64,000 nt of DNA, taken from NCBI GenBank assembly GCA_051362555.1, contig CM120642.1, forward strand, positions 3,658,001 through 3,722,000, read 5' to 3'. The DNA is from Lingula anatina. Its lineage: Eukaryota > Animalia > Brachiopoda. Below, one piece after another: positions 37,428-51,285 of this stretch; position 1 is the stretch's first letter; each line of letters opens with the position of its first letter. The notes under the pieces are model-generated. The model searched no databases and was not told the DNA's origin. It saw only the letters and a list, made by a program, of their open reading frames with translations. Position numbers and translations under genes: made by a program.

Positions 37428-40400
37428 TTATCTGCAGGTCACGCCAACATCTTCATTATGGTTGCAGTTATGTATGCCCCAACCCAGATGTGTGCATTGC
37501 ACTAAGCTAGCCTCCGTGCCTCTGCAGTTGACGTCATCCAGCCAAATTGGTCCGCTGCTGCTTCCGTAGTGCGCAGAGTTCTGAACTGTCACTCTGCCGT
37601 AAGGGAGGCCTAGTTCCCTACAGACCACTTTGGCGTCTACGGCACTAAAGTTATCGTCACACACGCTCCCCCATCGGCCGTTGTGGTAGATTTCAACTCG
37701 ACCCTGGTAGGATGCTCTGCCACCGACCAGACGGACAACTGCGGGATAGAATTCAAGTTTTAAAGTACCATGCGCATTGATCTTATTTACAACAATTTCA
37801 ATTATAAACGAGTTAAAAATAAACAAGGGAATACGGGAATAATTATTGTATTATTTGCGGGGTTAATTCCCTTGAAAATATGCTCGGCAAAAACAGATAT
37901 TAGCGAGGTTTAATTTCTGACGAAAAGGTAACTCACCTCGAGTCGACCCTGATCCACGCTCTCCTTTGAGACCTTTTGGTCCAGTTGCCCCTGTAGGACC
38001 AGCAGGTCCCCGAGGCCCCGGTGACCCACGCAATCCTTGAAGACCACGAGCACCAGGCTGACCTTTCTGTCCTTTTGCCCCGGTACTGCCCCTGGCTCCT
38101 GCGGAACCCTTAACTCCTTTAGGACCAGGCATTCCACGTGGTCCTTGATTCCCCTTCGAACCATTTGCCCCTTTCAAACCTCTTGGACCGGAGGCCCCTT
38201 TTGCTCCTTTTAGCCCTGCTGCTCCTGACAGCCCACGAGGGCCTGGGCTCCCTTTCGACCCTACTGCACCTGGGAGGCCTTTTGGTCCGGAAGGGCCACG
38301 GTGTCCAAGACTTCCTTTCGCACCCGTTTCACCTTTGGGTCCTCTCGCTCCGGGCGCCCCTTTTGGTCCCTGTGAACCCTGTGGACCTTGTGGTCCTCTA
38401 GGGCCCTGTATTCCAGGTGTCCCTTTCAAACCACGTGGACCAGGAGAACCGTTTTGACCTTTCTGACCTTTTGGTCCTCTGGCACCCGTAGACCCTGCCT
38501 GGCCTGGAGCGCCTGCAACTCCGCGTTCACCCTTTAGTCCTGCTGACCCTTGCTGCCCTTTAACGCCCTTTGATCCTTTGGCACCTGCAGGTCCTGGGCG
38601 CCCTGGGATTCCGTTTGGTCCGATTGGGCCCGTTTCGCCTTTCATTCCCCGTCTACCAGGAGGTCCAGCCTCTCCTTTGATGCCCTTGCTCATGGTGCCT
38701 GACCTCCCAGTTTGTCCTTTGGGGCCTTGCGGACCCATGGCTCCTTTGACCCCCTTCATTCCTTTGTCACCTTGGTTACCTTGTGGACCTGCGGGGCCTG
38801 GGATACCTCGTTCCCCTTTCTGTCCCCTAGTTCCTCTAATGCCAGGTTCACCCTTTTTCCCCGGCAATCCAATATCTCCAGTGTCTCCTTTTGATCCTTT
38901 TGGACCATGTACACCTGGCAAACCTGTCGGTCCTCTCGATCCGGCGTCTCCTTTTACACCCTGTGCTCCTGGCAGGCCAGTTAATCCAGGTAACCCTCGC
39001 TGCCCTTTTATTCCTTGACCACCGTTCTCTCCCTTATCACCTTTTAGTCCAGGACTACCGGCTTCTCCACGGGGTCCACCCGGCCCAGTGTCACCCGGAG
39101 GCCCCTCACCACCCGTATCTCCGCGGTTACCCTTTGGTCCTGGCTTCCCGGGGCTTCCCTTCGGACCAGGATGTCCTGGTGAACCCGGGGCACCACGTTC
39201 CCCTCCGGAACCCTTGGATCCGTTCAATCCAGGAGAACCTGGAAGTCCAGGGGCCCCTCGCACACCCGGTGACCCCTGGGGCCCCGTCTCTCCAGGGTTA
39301 CCATGAGGGCCAGGTTCTCCTCGGGGCCCTCTGTCCCCCTTTGGACCTTTTGTACCTGGTATACCAGGGAGACCTGTATTGCCTGGAGGACCGGGAGGAC
39401 CTAAATGATATAAAATGACATTGGCTTTATTTAGTGGACTGTTATTGATTTCTCTCCTTGTGGTAGACTTAGTTTATGGTCTTGGAATAAAAAAACAACT
39501 TTCCGTTATAGAATAGAGGCCTTAAATTAAATGATAAACTTTAAGGTTATTATGTCATAGATATTGAAAAAGAACAAGAAGGGAAAGAGCGCAGTGGTAA
39601 AGGTTGAAGGCTGGAGTTCATACAGGCATTTCCATTTTTTTATTCATATCATTTTACTAAAAGCAATCTTATTAATTTTACTCAATTTTACTGTTAAAGA
39701 ATGAAAACGGTTTAAATATAATGAAATTTTGAAAATATTGGTAGGATTATTGTTCCACAAACGTCTTTTCCCCGTTCCAAACCACATATTATATTTCCGC
39801 CTGGTTCACTTCAGATGATAGAACAAAACTGAAATACCACGTTGTGGTTGTGTAAAATGTATTACTGAAGAAGTAAATCTTAAGTTTATAATGATATTTT
39901 TGAAACACTTACGACTATGTTGATTTTATAAAATCGTAGATTTAACAGAATTAATTGGTTTTACTAAGAGCATCTATTTTTTCTTTTCTCTTCATATGTT
40001 TACATATTTAATCTTCACTTCCTTGAACGCGTTAATCATAAATATTACAATTTACTTAAAGAGCTGCCGATGCGTCGACCTCGAACTGTTTTCTCACCTT
40101 GAATCCTACACGGTGACGTCTCATTCATGCGAGAAACCGTTAATTCCAGGTTACTGATTCTCTCTTCAAGAATTTTTTTCTCTTCTCGGAATTCATGAAG
40201 AGTCCTTTTGATGTCCTACAAACAACAAAATCAGAAAAGTGCTCAGAGAGCGCATATCACCGCCGTGACGGCCCAGTCCTCGTCATCAATGAATCAATTA
40301 ACTTATGGATACTAATTTGAATCTACTGGATTCTAAGTTCTAAGAAAATTTCATCATGTCAGAAGTTCTAAGAAAATTTATCAAAAATTGATCAAAATCC

Positions 40401-41917
40401 GTCCACAATTTTTTTTACGTAGACGGTAGACTAATAGAAACCAATGTAGCACAAGCAAAAAAACCTCTTCAGAAGAGGGAACTACCCTTTTAAGTTCTCA
40501 AAATTAACTTTTTTAAGTTCTCAAAATTAACCTATGTCGATGAAGTAACATGTAAGCTATGTTTCCACCTCCGTTGGCTGTTAGTCACCAGCGTACCTTA
40601 TAAATTTATCGATAAATTCTGATGAAATTTTATGTATAGTTAATTTATTGTGCTAATTTAAAAATGATTATGTTTCGGCGGTGATTCAGATCACCATCTG
40701 AATTCAGGAATTTTACAACGGATTCTTCAGCATTGCGAGATACCGTAGTGTAATACCGACGTACACTGTAAAAGGCCTGTTGCGTTAGTTGAGATTACTT
40801 TGCAATCACACTGGTAGATATTACTGTGGTTAAAATACAGTCCGGTGTACGAAACTGAGGGCACGTGTAACAGACAGTCCGCCCTATATTTAGTAATAAT
40901 GGTTAGGGTTAGCCTGACCTAAGTGGGTTCAAACTAGGGTGAGGCGTACCTGCACAAATGAAAGGGGCGCAGACTCTCTCTGATGGGGGTCTCTCTGTCA
41001 CATTGCACCGGTGTTCCGCTTTGAATAGACATGTAACATCGCGTGAACTAGTCTGATTGGTAGTGAGGGGACTCTTTGAAATAAATCTTGTTGTTGAAGA
41101 TATGTACATAATCCGTAAGTCATGTTTTGTGAGGTACACGGCGTCACGGCCGAGTTACCATAGGGCCAACAAGGTATATTTTGGCTTATAACTCCACAAA
41201 TATTGTACATGTAGTTACTAGTGAAACCTCAATAAATCAGATAATGGGAATTGGGCTAGCTTATCAACCAGGGGCGGATCCAGGATTATTTGAAGGGGGG
41301 GGGGGTCCGCTGATGCGATGCCCCCCCCCCCAGGTGCCATTTGGTAGGGCTTACAGCTATGATTCAGCTATTCAAAATTCTAATTCCAAGAGGGTACCAG
41401 AAATCAAGGGGGGGGGGGGGGGGGGGCAGTATCCCCTGACCCCCTCTAAGTTCGCCACTGTTAACTGATAAATAAAAAAGGTTAATAATGAGAATTGAGT
41501 TGCCCTGGTGGAGGTCTGCACTCTCTGAGTGTCTTGGCGGAGGTCTGCACTCTCTGAGTGCCCTGGTGGAGGTCTGCACTCTCTGAGTGCCTTGGTTGAG
41601 GTCTGCACTCTCTGAGTGCCTTGGCGGAGGTCTGCACTCTCTGAGTGCTACTCTACATATAATATTAATACTTTTTTAGTTCTTTAGTTCAACGCAAAAA
41701 AATAATATCATTTAACACCTTTCTCTCTTCCTCTTCCTCTCTCTTTTAATTACTAATAGATCAGGAAAGATTCAACACAATGGCAATTTTACATAAACTG
41801 ATAATTTAGAAATTCATTAACAGGACCTATTAACTAATGCAATATTCCCAGTTGGGATCCAGTTGGGATTCGGCATAAGTGGATAAAGAATCTGCCTGAA
41901 GAGGTATTTGACGTGCG

Positions 41918-41964
<47 letters not shown>

Positions 41965-43216
41965 ACGAGTTTAATAACGACTTAAAGCTGGTTCTGTTTG
42001 ATAAATCCGGATTCTAATGCAAAGAAGCGCTGCTGAAATTAAATGAAGGAAGAAAACAATAGGCTATATACTGCGTGCAACCAAGTTTCAATGTGAAAAC
42101 ACTGCATGTGGAGATTTAAATGCCCTTGGTGTCAGAACCAATTTGATAAGATCGTGGAGGTTTATTTTTCATTAACAACAAGTTTCTGTACTGCTGTTAA
42201 ATTTAGAACAGACTTGGGGGTAGGAAAATCTTGGGTATGGAGCCAATAGAAGCAGGATTTCAGTGTCTCCTAAAATTAAGGTAGGGAAGGGGGCTTTTTA
42301 CAATAAGTTTATGTAGGGGTAACATTACGCCGATTGCACATACGTTTGCGTGTCTGGCTTTCCAAGAGCCCCCTCCCTTTCCCCGGCAGGAGATATCAGC
42401 AGTTTTACCATTAAGAATCGCGTGATTAAACGTCGATTAACCTGGGACCACTGTGATTAAGGCGTTTGAAGGGCCCAGTAAGATCGATTGGCAGACGTTA
42501 ATAGTCCCATTCTGAACGTCTCCGTCATGTTTTATTTGCAGTTTTTGCTCCGAGAAACTTCTTATGTTCAAAGACACATCCTATGAACTCCGAGAAAATA
42601 AATACGTAAAACAAAATCACCGCAGTTTGGATGACTGGTTTGTCATCAGAAGAATATCTGTCTTCAATATTATTTTACTGTATTTTTTTTACGAAAAACG
42701 TGGCTTCGAGTAATTCTGTGTGAGTAATAACAATTTCTATCCTGTTAAGATCTCAATCTGTTCAATTTTCTGATCTTTCTTATCGAATATCCTTTATCAC
42801 GTTAATTCTATTGGTGTCAGATTTACCCCAATCACCCTTTACCGACGTTTTATGGATCTCTCGACTTGTAATGAAATATACGCATTTATTAATTAAAATC
42901 AAATATCAAAATAAAATATTTGAATAATTTTTAAAAAATGTTCAACATCTAAGATAACACAGTATAACCGCTGTCCATGTAAAACCGTTAGGCCCCTATA
43001 CTTTTCGAATAACAAACAAATTCTCACCAGAATTTCAGCTGCAGAAAACGCTTCTCTTTCCTGGGCAAGTAGGAGATTCCATCGATGATCTGCTCCTTCT
43101 ACGAAACCGTCTCTTTCGGAATGCATCACCTCATATTCCGTCGTTGGCTGACTTTGAACAAAGTGGATAATAACTAATAAAATGAAAAATTCAAATTTTG
43201 AACCGATTATTTTCAT
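37428..43216 (-). CDS. Gene A2: secreted long-collagen + SRCR protein, 693 aa; exons 43216-43028, 40215-40098, 39400-37937, 37738-37428
   Basis: Same exon and phase plan as A1, total 2082 nt, no stops; in-frame indels versus A1 of +6, -21 and -18 nt. Confidence 0.9.
41269..41460. mobile_element. hAT-like MITE (CAGGGGCGGATC...TTCGCCACTG)
   Basis: Imperfect short TIRs, G-runs, absent from the A1 paralogous position; a related copy begins at ~63767. Confidence 0.65.
41501..41645 (+). repeat. Minisatellite, 5 x 29 bp (tgccytggyggaggtctgcactctctgag)
   Basis: Five adjacent units with no spacers; a single copy occurs at 22021-22049. Confidence 0.95.
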
Positions 43217-44142
43217 GTTTTCTTCTTGAAGTAAATAACTTTTAAACGGTTGACTGGACCCCCGCGCGCTGTTGTGTTGAAATATGTATTGAAATAACGG
43301 AAAATTTGACTCTCACATGACGGATGTTCAAAGGTCATTTTTGCCAGTTATTTATCTTGTTACTCATTATATGCTTCCTTTTACAGCATGTCAAGTCTTT
43401 TTAGCACGAAAGGAGTTAATCCTCTATTATATATTTTTAAAGTTTTTTTGGCTACAGTCGCTGGCAGTCTTTAAGTTATAAGCCACTCATCATAATAATA
43501 TGGATACATGTATGTATAGCGACAAAATTAGAATGGGGAAAATAGCGATAAATCATGTTACTTTTTCCTAATTACTTTTCATTTCTATATATCATCATCT
43601 GTCAGAGGGACAGGGAGCTGTTACATACATACCACCAGGGCACGAGGAAGTGTGGTGCTCTATGAGTTAAATATTCACTTCAAAAGTCATCTTTGGTGGA
43701 GACATGACATAACGAAGGAAACAATACAATTTGTAATCGTGATGTGGTACCATTACTTCCTGGGTATGAGAGATAGGAACATTTACACAGTAAACATTTT
43801 CCTGTGAAATTAATTCATTGGTTAAAAAAAGAAAAGGGTTTTGCTTTCTTCACAAAGATTTATTAAATATTGAATTAGCATATTCCTGTCCCAACTGCAC
43901 CAATCTAAAACAAAAGACTAACATCGCCAAAAAGTTTATTTTTCGCATGCATAAGCCTAAAAGAAAATAAAACATCACACCACCGCTCGTTAATGTTTGC
44001 CATCACCAACGAATATATATTTAGTAACAGTCAGTATTGTGGTAATATATACTACTGTTGTTCATTTAAATGAATAAGACCAAAGCATTATAGTTATACG
44101 TTATCCTATTAATCGACGACAGGGCGTCCAAGCGTCTCCTGG

Positions 44143-47100
44143 TTACAAGCAGGTAACCCCCACGTCCCTCTGGTGGGAACAGGAAATACTACCCCGCACA
44201 CTGTGTTGGCACAGGTCCAATCTGGCCTCTGTGCCGCTGCAGGAGACATTTTGTATCCAAACAGGCCCCTCGCCCGCACCATAGTGGGCACCAACTTGGA
44301 CAGCTGGGCTAGAATGAGGGAGGTTGAGCTGCTTGCAAACTACCTTGGCGGCATTGACATTAAAGTTATTATCGCACACGGTGCCCCATTGGCCATCCAC
44401 TAAGATTTCAACACGCCCCTGGTATGGCGTTCCACCATTTATCAAACGGAGACGCCATTCCTGCTTGGGATTTTCTAAAAGTTGGAAATTGGAAAGATTG
44501 TTTTTCAGTGACAATAACCATGCTGTTGACATTTGAATTCGAGTATTATGACGAAAATCGCATAACAGAAGAACACATCAAATCGATAGACAAAGTATGC
44601 AATATCTTAATTTTTTGATCAATTGATGTTAGTTCACACCGTGTGTATTTATCTGATGATTATATTTTTACATGTCAATCTATCCTCGACCAAAATTTTG
44701 GAAGCATCGCTATTTTGAATAATTATAAAATAATCAAATGAGCTAAGGTAAATATTTCAATCAAATACTGATGTATAATGCACCCACCATTCGTTACCTT
44801 TTTACACACTGAAGGTTTTCCAATCTGAAAAATAATTTCATGTTTCCGAACTTTTTCGTCAAGTGTATTATCATTGTGCATAGCATAAGATATTTGCCGA
44901 TACTAAATATAATGCAGAGTACACACAAAACCCTCTCGAACCTGATTGGTCTGTTGGGCTATAGCGGGGTGCTATATCTTGTATAGTATAGCTATCTTCA
45001 TGAACGCAGTCGGTGCCCGGGGGACCAGGGGGGCCAGGTGGACCTCTGAGGCCAGGTAAACCTAAATAATAAAGAAACTTTATCAAAGTCTAGATTAGAA
45101 AATTATAAGCAATTTCATTTGATGGTTTGCATAAATAATTGGATTTTTTTTCCCAAATTTTTTATTAAAATTGACTAATGCGTATAATTTCATCCTCAAA
45201 TACAAGCTAACTCAAACACGTTTGTATTAAAAAGTTAAGTAAAATTGCATTTTGAATTGTAAACGCTAATGTGTCTATTGTAAAAATTTAATACTTTTTC
45301 GGCTATCTTCTACCTCATCTCAGATAAGATATACGTACATGTAGGTCTGTTGTATAATCTTTTTGTAATGAAGGTTTTTACATAACATTTACTTCCTTAA
45401 GTGGTTTTATTATTAGTATTTCATTGATGTTATTTATTTTTATAACCAATTATCGTGAAAGTCACTGGTTCTCCCCCACATACCTCGGGGACCAGGAAAT
45501 CCAATGATGCCTACTGGACCTCGAATGCCTGGAGCCCCCACCTCTCCTTTTTCACCCTTACATCCACATCCGTCGGGTTCTCCGATGGGTTCAGCCGACA
45601 CCATGGTGCTACTCCCTCCTATCCTCCCTGGTTCTCCTTTCGGGCCTCGCCTTCCAGGGTTTCCCTTCGGTCCGGGCAGACCAGGGCGCCCCGATGGTCC
45701 CGGATATCCCGGAGGACCTAAAAGGACACGGTAACTGATTTTTGCATTCATCTTCGGAATTGACAGGTCATACTTTGTGATCAGCCACAGTGAGACAGTT
45801 AGGTTTTAGTTGAGTGTCTGACCTCAGTTTACGAGGTCAAACAAGTATTGTATTTCTTGCAAGGAAAAAATTGAAAATGTAGACATAATACTACAAGCAC
45901 AACTGCATGTGGTTGATTGTCAGGAAGAGCTATGCACTAAGCCTTTTGCTAGATGACTAGATGTCGACTACTTTTCTTTACGAAAGAGCTTGCTCTCCAG
46001 CATTCTTTTGTTTACTGGAGAACGAGCTCTTCAGTAAACAAAAGAAGTCAACATTACAAAAGGCTTCTTGCATGTAATGAAGTTAGGTCCGGATGCCGGT
46101 CCAAGACTATTTGCAACATCGAATTTTGAGCTTTCAGTAAAGGCCAAAAACTTCCTTAATGCACTCTTCCACGTCAGTGTGGTTGAGCAGCATCCATACG
46201 ACAGATGTGAGTGGAGAGAGCCGGTAGCAAAATCCGCAAGTGGCGTCGAGACTACGGGATAGGATAGGATAGGAAGCAGCGCTGGGTCGGTCTTGCTCTA
46301 TATCGCCATACCTCTTAGGGGTGACTGTGTAGTCTCAGTAATCCGAGAAACCACTAATTCCAGTTCTTCGACTGTTGCCTCGAGTTTCTGGATTCGGTGT
46401 TCAAATAAAGAACTCTTGTTGGCCATCTCTCTTTTGACGGACTGCAATAAAATTAAAATGCCTGCGAGTTATGTCTTTTAGTGAAGAATATAGTAACTTG
46501 GGGACTTTTTGTTTCTACTTATCAATCCAAACCTCTCCTTGTCAAGTCGTTAAGTGGCCTTGTTTTTAAATACTTTTAACTATTTCGTACAGACTCGACA
46601 TTTAATAAAATATTTTAGATATAAAGGTATGCCTAGGTAAAAATACATTAATTTTTGTGGAACGTGTAACTCGTGAAAGATGCGAATAGAGAAATAAGTA
46701 GTCAAGTTGTGAGTAACAATTAAATGACTGCCTTGTCTGAAGCACGAAATGTGTGGTGATTTCTTTGGGTAGTACTCTTTAGGCTGGTCCAAGTAATACA
46801 CTGGACGAGAATGGTTCAATCAAAAACGTCTCGATATTTCGGCAACGCCTGCACAGTAAATACTGGAATTTTGCATACTGTAGCAGCTGTTATGACACGT
46901 AAACTGAATGAAGCAGTACGTGTGTTACACCACTTTTGCTCTGTGCTAAAATGGCGCAAAACTGGACTGGTTTAAGCAGGTTATTATACCAGGCGACCTC
47001 TGAGGAAAACTGTAAATCTGCGTCTATACTTCTGCTATGAGTTGGGAACCATCAACCTCTTTGGGCACATCATTGAGATCATGTGGTTTTAACTTATGAG

Positions 47101-48512
47101 GTCAAATTCAGTCTGTACTGCTAAAATTAGACCTCACAAATATCCCGAAGAGGCCTATGACCAAATGTGTTTCGATCCCAGAGCGACTTGGGGGGGGGGG
47201 GGGGCATATTTCGTGCGGAATTAACGTTGGTGACAAAACCTAGTTGGTAGTCATCACCAGAAAACTGAATAAGATCAAATACAGGAATATCCAGGAAACC
47301 AGCTGCCTACCATTTGCTAGTGAGCACCTCAAGAATAATTTCATTTAACAGAGCACTTGCAATTGAAGGTAACTTGTAGAACCAAGGTCTGAGCAGCTAC
47401 CGCGGCCACCAAAGTCGCCAGATCTGAAGCCTTTAGACAATACTTGTCGTACCAACAGCCTACTGGTCCTAGAACAACTATGAATCTAATTGAACAAACT
47501 ACTACCGATGTCTGGAATTATATTACGCTGCATCAAACCTCAAGAAACCCGTCAGAAGGCATAGCCTGCCGTTTGAGAAACCTGGTAAGCAGCCAGATGA
47601 CGCACCTCTGACCGCAGCTGTAACTAGACACCGATATCAGCGTTCTCTGTTGGGTGCATAACTAGTTACACTGGTGATAATTTGGAAATTTTGGAATAAC
47701 GCTTTTAATGGTCGTTGTATGGCTTAAATTTATTTAGGTGAACTCATTTAAGGGACTGATGTTAGAATTACATTGAATTTATTGTTAAAAGGTAATAAAA
47801 CAACACAAATTCTTGTTTTCGTTTATATATTGGAAAAACAAATTCTACATTAAATGTCAAGTCTGTATATACATGTACCATAGGGGTTATGAGGATATAG
47901 AAAACACATCGTTTGATAATTGATACTTAAACTCTATGGTAATATACAGGATGACCCTCATGCTATTGAAATTAAAGTGTATTTCCTTGTCAATGATAAA
48001 TATGCGGGCGTGATTAAATAAACAAAAACATCAAGAAGACAGCTGTTAATGTTGATTAAATTTCCGTTCCTTAAAAATGGATATGTACCGTATGCTATGG
48101 AATTGTATACACTTCCCAAGTCTCTATACTGTTTCACATGCACTGTGATGTCTTATCAAATTAAGGACATTTTTCCTATCTCGTATCATTGTTTCCCTAG
48201 TTTCCCATTACAACCCTTGTTTTTGGGTGCACTGTATCAGTACTCTGAGTTAGTCTTATTATGTACATAAAGTACACTAATAACTAGACGATCACATATT
48301 TTCAAAATTTACACAGTTAACCGATATAAAATAAAACAAATATAAAGAAAAAAATCAAATTGGACGACGCCATATCTTGACATGGAGTAAACTCTTACCC
48401 GAATTTCCTTTTCTTGTTCCAAAATATCATCATCTCCAGTTGTAGTTCTACCCTGACTTTGAACAAAATATAAAATAATCATGGAGCAAACGAAATCCCC
48501 AATCACGTGCAT
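44143..48512 (-). CDS. Gene B2: secreted short-collagen + SRCR protein, 309 aa; exons 48512-48399, 46441-46312, 45717-45484, 45061-44942, 44474-44143
   Basis: Canonical borders, phases as in B1, total 930 nt, no stops; GCGC motif; 6-Cys SRCR. Confidence 0.85.
46965..47630 (+). mobile_element. Paralogous decayed Tc1/mariner remnant in B2 intron 1
   Basis: Aligns to 33040-33700 and retains LPRPPKSPDLKPLDN. Confidence 0.7.
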
Positions 48513-48722
48513 CTTTCGTGTCTTCTTCAACTACGTTGCCTAAAACCCTGTTGTAACTAATACCCCGTTCACACTACAATCTGAAATATCCGAATTTTTT
48601 AAATTTGAATAACGGGTGCAAAATTCGATTCTCTTGTCTGGCCACACACACAGTACGGCGACACCGAATCGCCCACTGAAACTCCAGGTGCGGGTCCCGG
48701 ATTGAATAATTGCGCATGCGCA

Positions 48723-48724
<2 letters not shown>

Positions 48725-48795
<71 letters not shown>
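48725..48795. repeat. (TA)n microsatellite upstream of B2 exon 1
   Basis: ~35 uninterrupted TA units; the B1 counterpart is a short unexpanded AT-rich stretch. Confidence 0.95.
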
Positions 48796-48796
<1 letters not shown>

Positions 48797-49935
48797 CGGC
48801 AATCGTTGCTCTTGTCCCTTTTTTTCGTGCCTTTGTGTTTGGGACATCAAATTCAACCAAAAGGCTGAAGTTGCCTTGTTTTTAAATACTTTTAGCTATA
48901 TGGTAACATCCTGGATTTTCGCAAAATGACCAAAGATACTCACTTGCTACCCAACAAATACATCCTCGACATTTAATAACATATTTTAAATTTAAAGGTA
49001 TGCCAAGGTAAAAAAGCATTATTTTAAGGAACGAGTATCGCGTGAGATATGCGAATAGAGTAATAAGAAGTCGGGTTTGACAGTAGCAATTATCCTACTG
49101 TCTTGTGTGAAGCACTGTTGCATTACGTAATGAGTGGTGATATCTTTGGGTAGTACTCTTTGGACTGGTCCAAGTAATACTCTGGGCGAGCATGGTTTAG
49201 TCAAAAACGTCTCCATATTTCGGCAACGCCTGCATAGTAATTATTGAAATTTTGCATACAAGTAGCAGATTATATGGCGCATAAACTGAGAAAAGCAGTG
49301 TGTTACAGCATTGGTGCTCTGTGCCATAAAAGGCGCAAAACAGATAGACATTGCTTATATTAGAATTACCTTGAATTGATTGCTAAAAGGTAAAAAAAAC
49401 AATACAGACCCTTGTTTTCATTTATTTATTGGAAAAACAAATTCCACATTAAATGTCAAGTCTGTATTTACATGTACCATAGGAGTTATGAGGATATAGA
49501 ATAAAACTTAAATCAACTTCATTTGATAATCGGTAGGGCCTACTTAATCTCCATGGTAATACATGACCCTAATGCTATTGATATTAAAGAGTATTCCCTA
49601 GTCAATGATAAATATGCGGGCGTTATGTAACATACAAAAAAATCAGTGCTGTGGAATTGAATACACCTTCTAAGTCTCTACTGTTTCATATGCACTGTGA
49701 TGTCTTATCAAATTAAGAACATTTTTCTTATATCATTGTTTCCCTAGTGTCCCATTACAACCCTTGTTTTTGGGTGCACTGTATCAATACTCTGAGTTAG
49801 TCTTATTATATACATAAAGTAGACAATAACTAGACGATCGCACATTTTCAAAATTTACACAGTTAACAAAAAATAAAACTGATATAAAGAAAAAAATTGG
49901 ACGACACCATGTCTTGACATGGAGTAAACGCTTAC

Positions 49936-50049
49936 CCGAATTTCCCTTTCTTGTTCCAAAATATTATCATCTCCAGTTGTAGTTCCACCCTGACTTTGAA
50001 CAAAATACAAAATAATCAAGGAGCAAACGCAGTTCCCAATCACATCCAT
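49936..50049 (-). CDS. Second, intact signal-peptide first exon upstream of B2 (alternative exon 1')
   Basis: 114 nt, MDVIGNCVCSLIILYFVQSQGGTTTGDDNILEQEREIR|gtaagc, phase 0, compatible with B2 exon 2; no exon 2 copy of its own. Confidence 0.65.
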
Positions 50050-51285
50050 CTTTCGGGTCTTCTTCAGCTACGTTGCCTTAAACCCTGTTGAAAATAAGTA
50101 TTATATAAGTGGCGCGTGGGGTTACATCAAAGGAAATCAAGACATTCGGCGAGGGTCCAAAGGTCCTTTTCACCAATTATCTTATTTCCGTATTGCGCTA
50201 TCTGGAAGCACTTGTATTTTGTACTGTAGACCATGCACGTTTGTTCTGTATACAATGTGAGCTTGACCTACTAAGCAAAAGGCGAAAAGCTTTTTTTTTC
50301 AAAGGTCTCCCGACGGTACATGTAGACATGTACCTACATATTAAATCAAAGAAAGCAACGGAGAACAGAATTGCAACGGTAGAGAAAAGCAGCTGGGTGC
50401 ATAGGGAGCTGCACACTAAGGGCTCGTTCCCATTGAAACTATCGGTCTACGTAAATTGGTCCAACTCCGCGGACACATGTTAGTTACCACATAGGCTACA
50501 CATTGTGTGGGTGGTAAGGGTATGGAAAACACCAAAAAAACAAACTTAATTTGATAGTGGAAATTTATCTTTCCAGTTGCCATTAGTTGAACCCCCGTAT
50601 GCTAGTATTCCTGTGGCACATGGCAGCCATCTTGGAATTTCCCAAAATGCCCAAGAACACTTCCTAGTTATTCACTACATAAACATCATGTGGGTAACAA
50701 AGATGTGGAAAAATCTCAGAAACAGACCTAACTTGTTAGTGGACAACGTATCTTTCTAGCTGGCACTAGTTGTGCACTAGTATTCCTATGGCTGTTTCTA
50801 TGACATACATGTATGACGGCCTACTTGGATTTTTTCAAAAAGTTCAAGGGAACTTGTTTGCTATCTGACATATATGCATAATATGGGTAATAAGGATGTG
50901 TAAACATGAGAAAATACTTTATTTGATAAAAATCAACATAGGTATGTATATATTTCTATAGAATTTCAGAAATTGGCGGCCATTTTGGATTTTTTTACCA
51001 AACGGTAAATTGTTTCAGAGGGTTTCAGAATTTCTAATTTGATTACGAATATCAAAAGGTAACTACATGCCAAATTTGGTGCTTTTATCCGCGATTTTTT
51101 TCGTTAAGCCACCCCACTAGGAGTCTTTCGTTGAATGCAATCTGATTAACAGATTGACATGCCTCCTCCACACATTGCGTAAATAGAGAACCTATGTTGG
51201 AAACAAGAGGGGAAAGAGCAAATCAGCTATTAAATGGTCGTCTGTGGAATGCCTTAATAACTAATGCAACTTAAATATATGTATT

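Larger units (their letters stand above)
40527..41655 (+). mobile_element. Paralogous HINE-like element in A2 intron 1, with a nested MITE and amplified 3' end
   Basis: Aligns with 21381-22050; the terminal subTIR+hairpin unit is present five times. Confidence 0.6.
35528..48845. repeat. Segmental tandem duplication, copy 2 (genes A2+B2)
   Basis: Colinear with 16255-34936; similarity ends at ...tttgtgtttgggac in both copies. Confidence 0.9.

Noticed and set aside
41501-41645. CRISPR-like array of 29-bp palindromic repeats
   Set aside because: No spacers, no cas genes, eukaryotic intron; the unit is a transposon terminus.
35528-48845. Duplicated block as an uncollapsed allelic haplotype
   Set aside because: Substantial intron divergence, different transposon insertions, ~20% SRCR protein divergence and a structured junction favour true paralogs; read depth would settle it.
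48540-48929. ORFs with (YI)n runs
   Set aside because: Translations of the (TA)n microsatellite.
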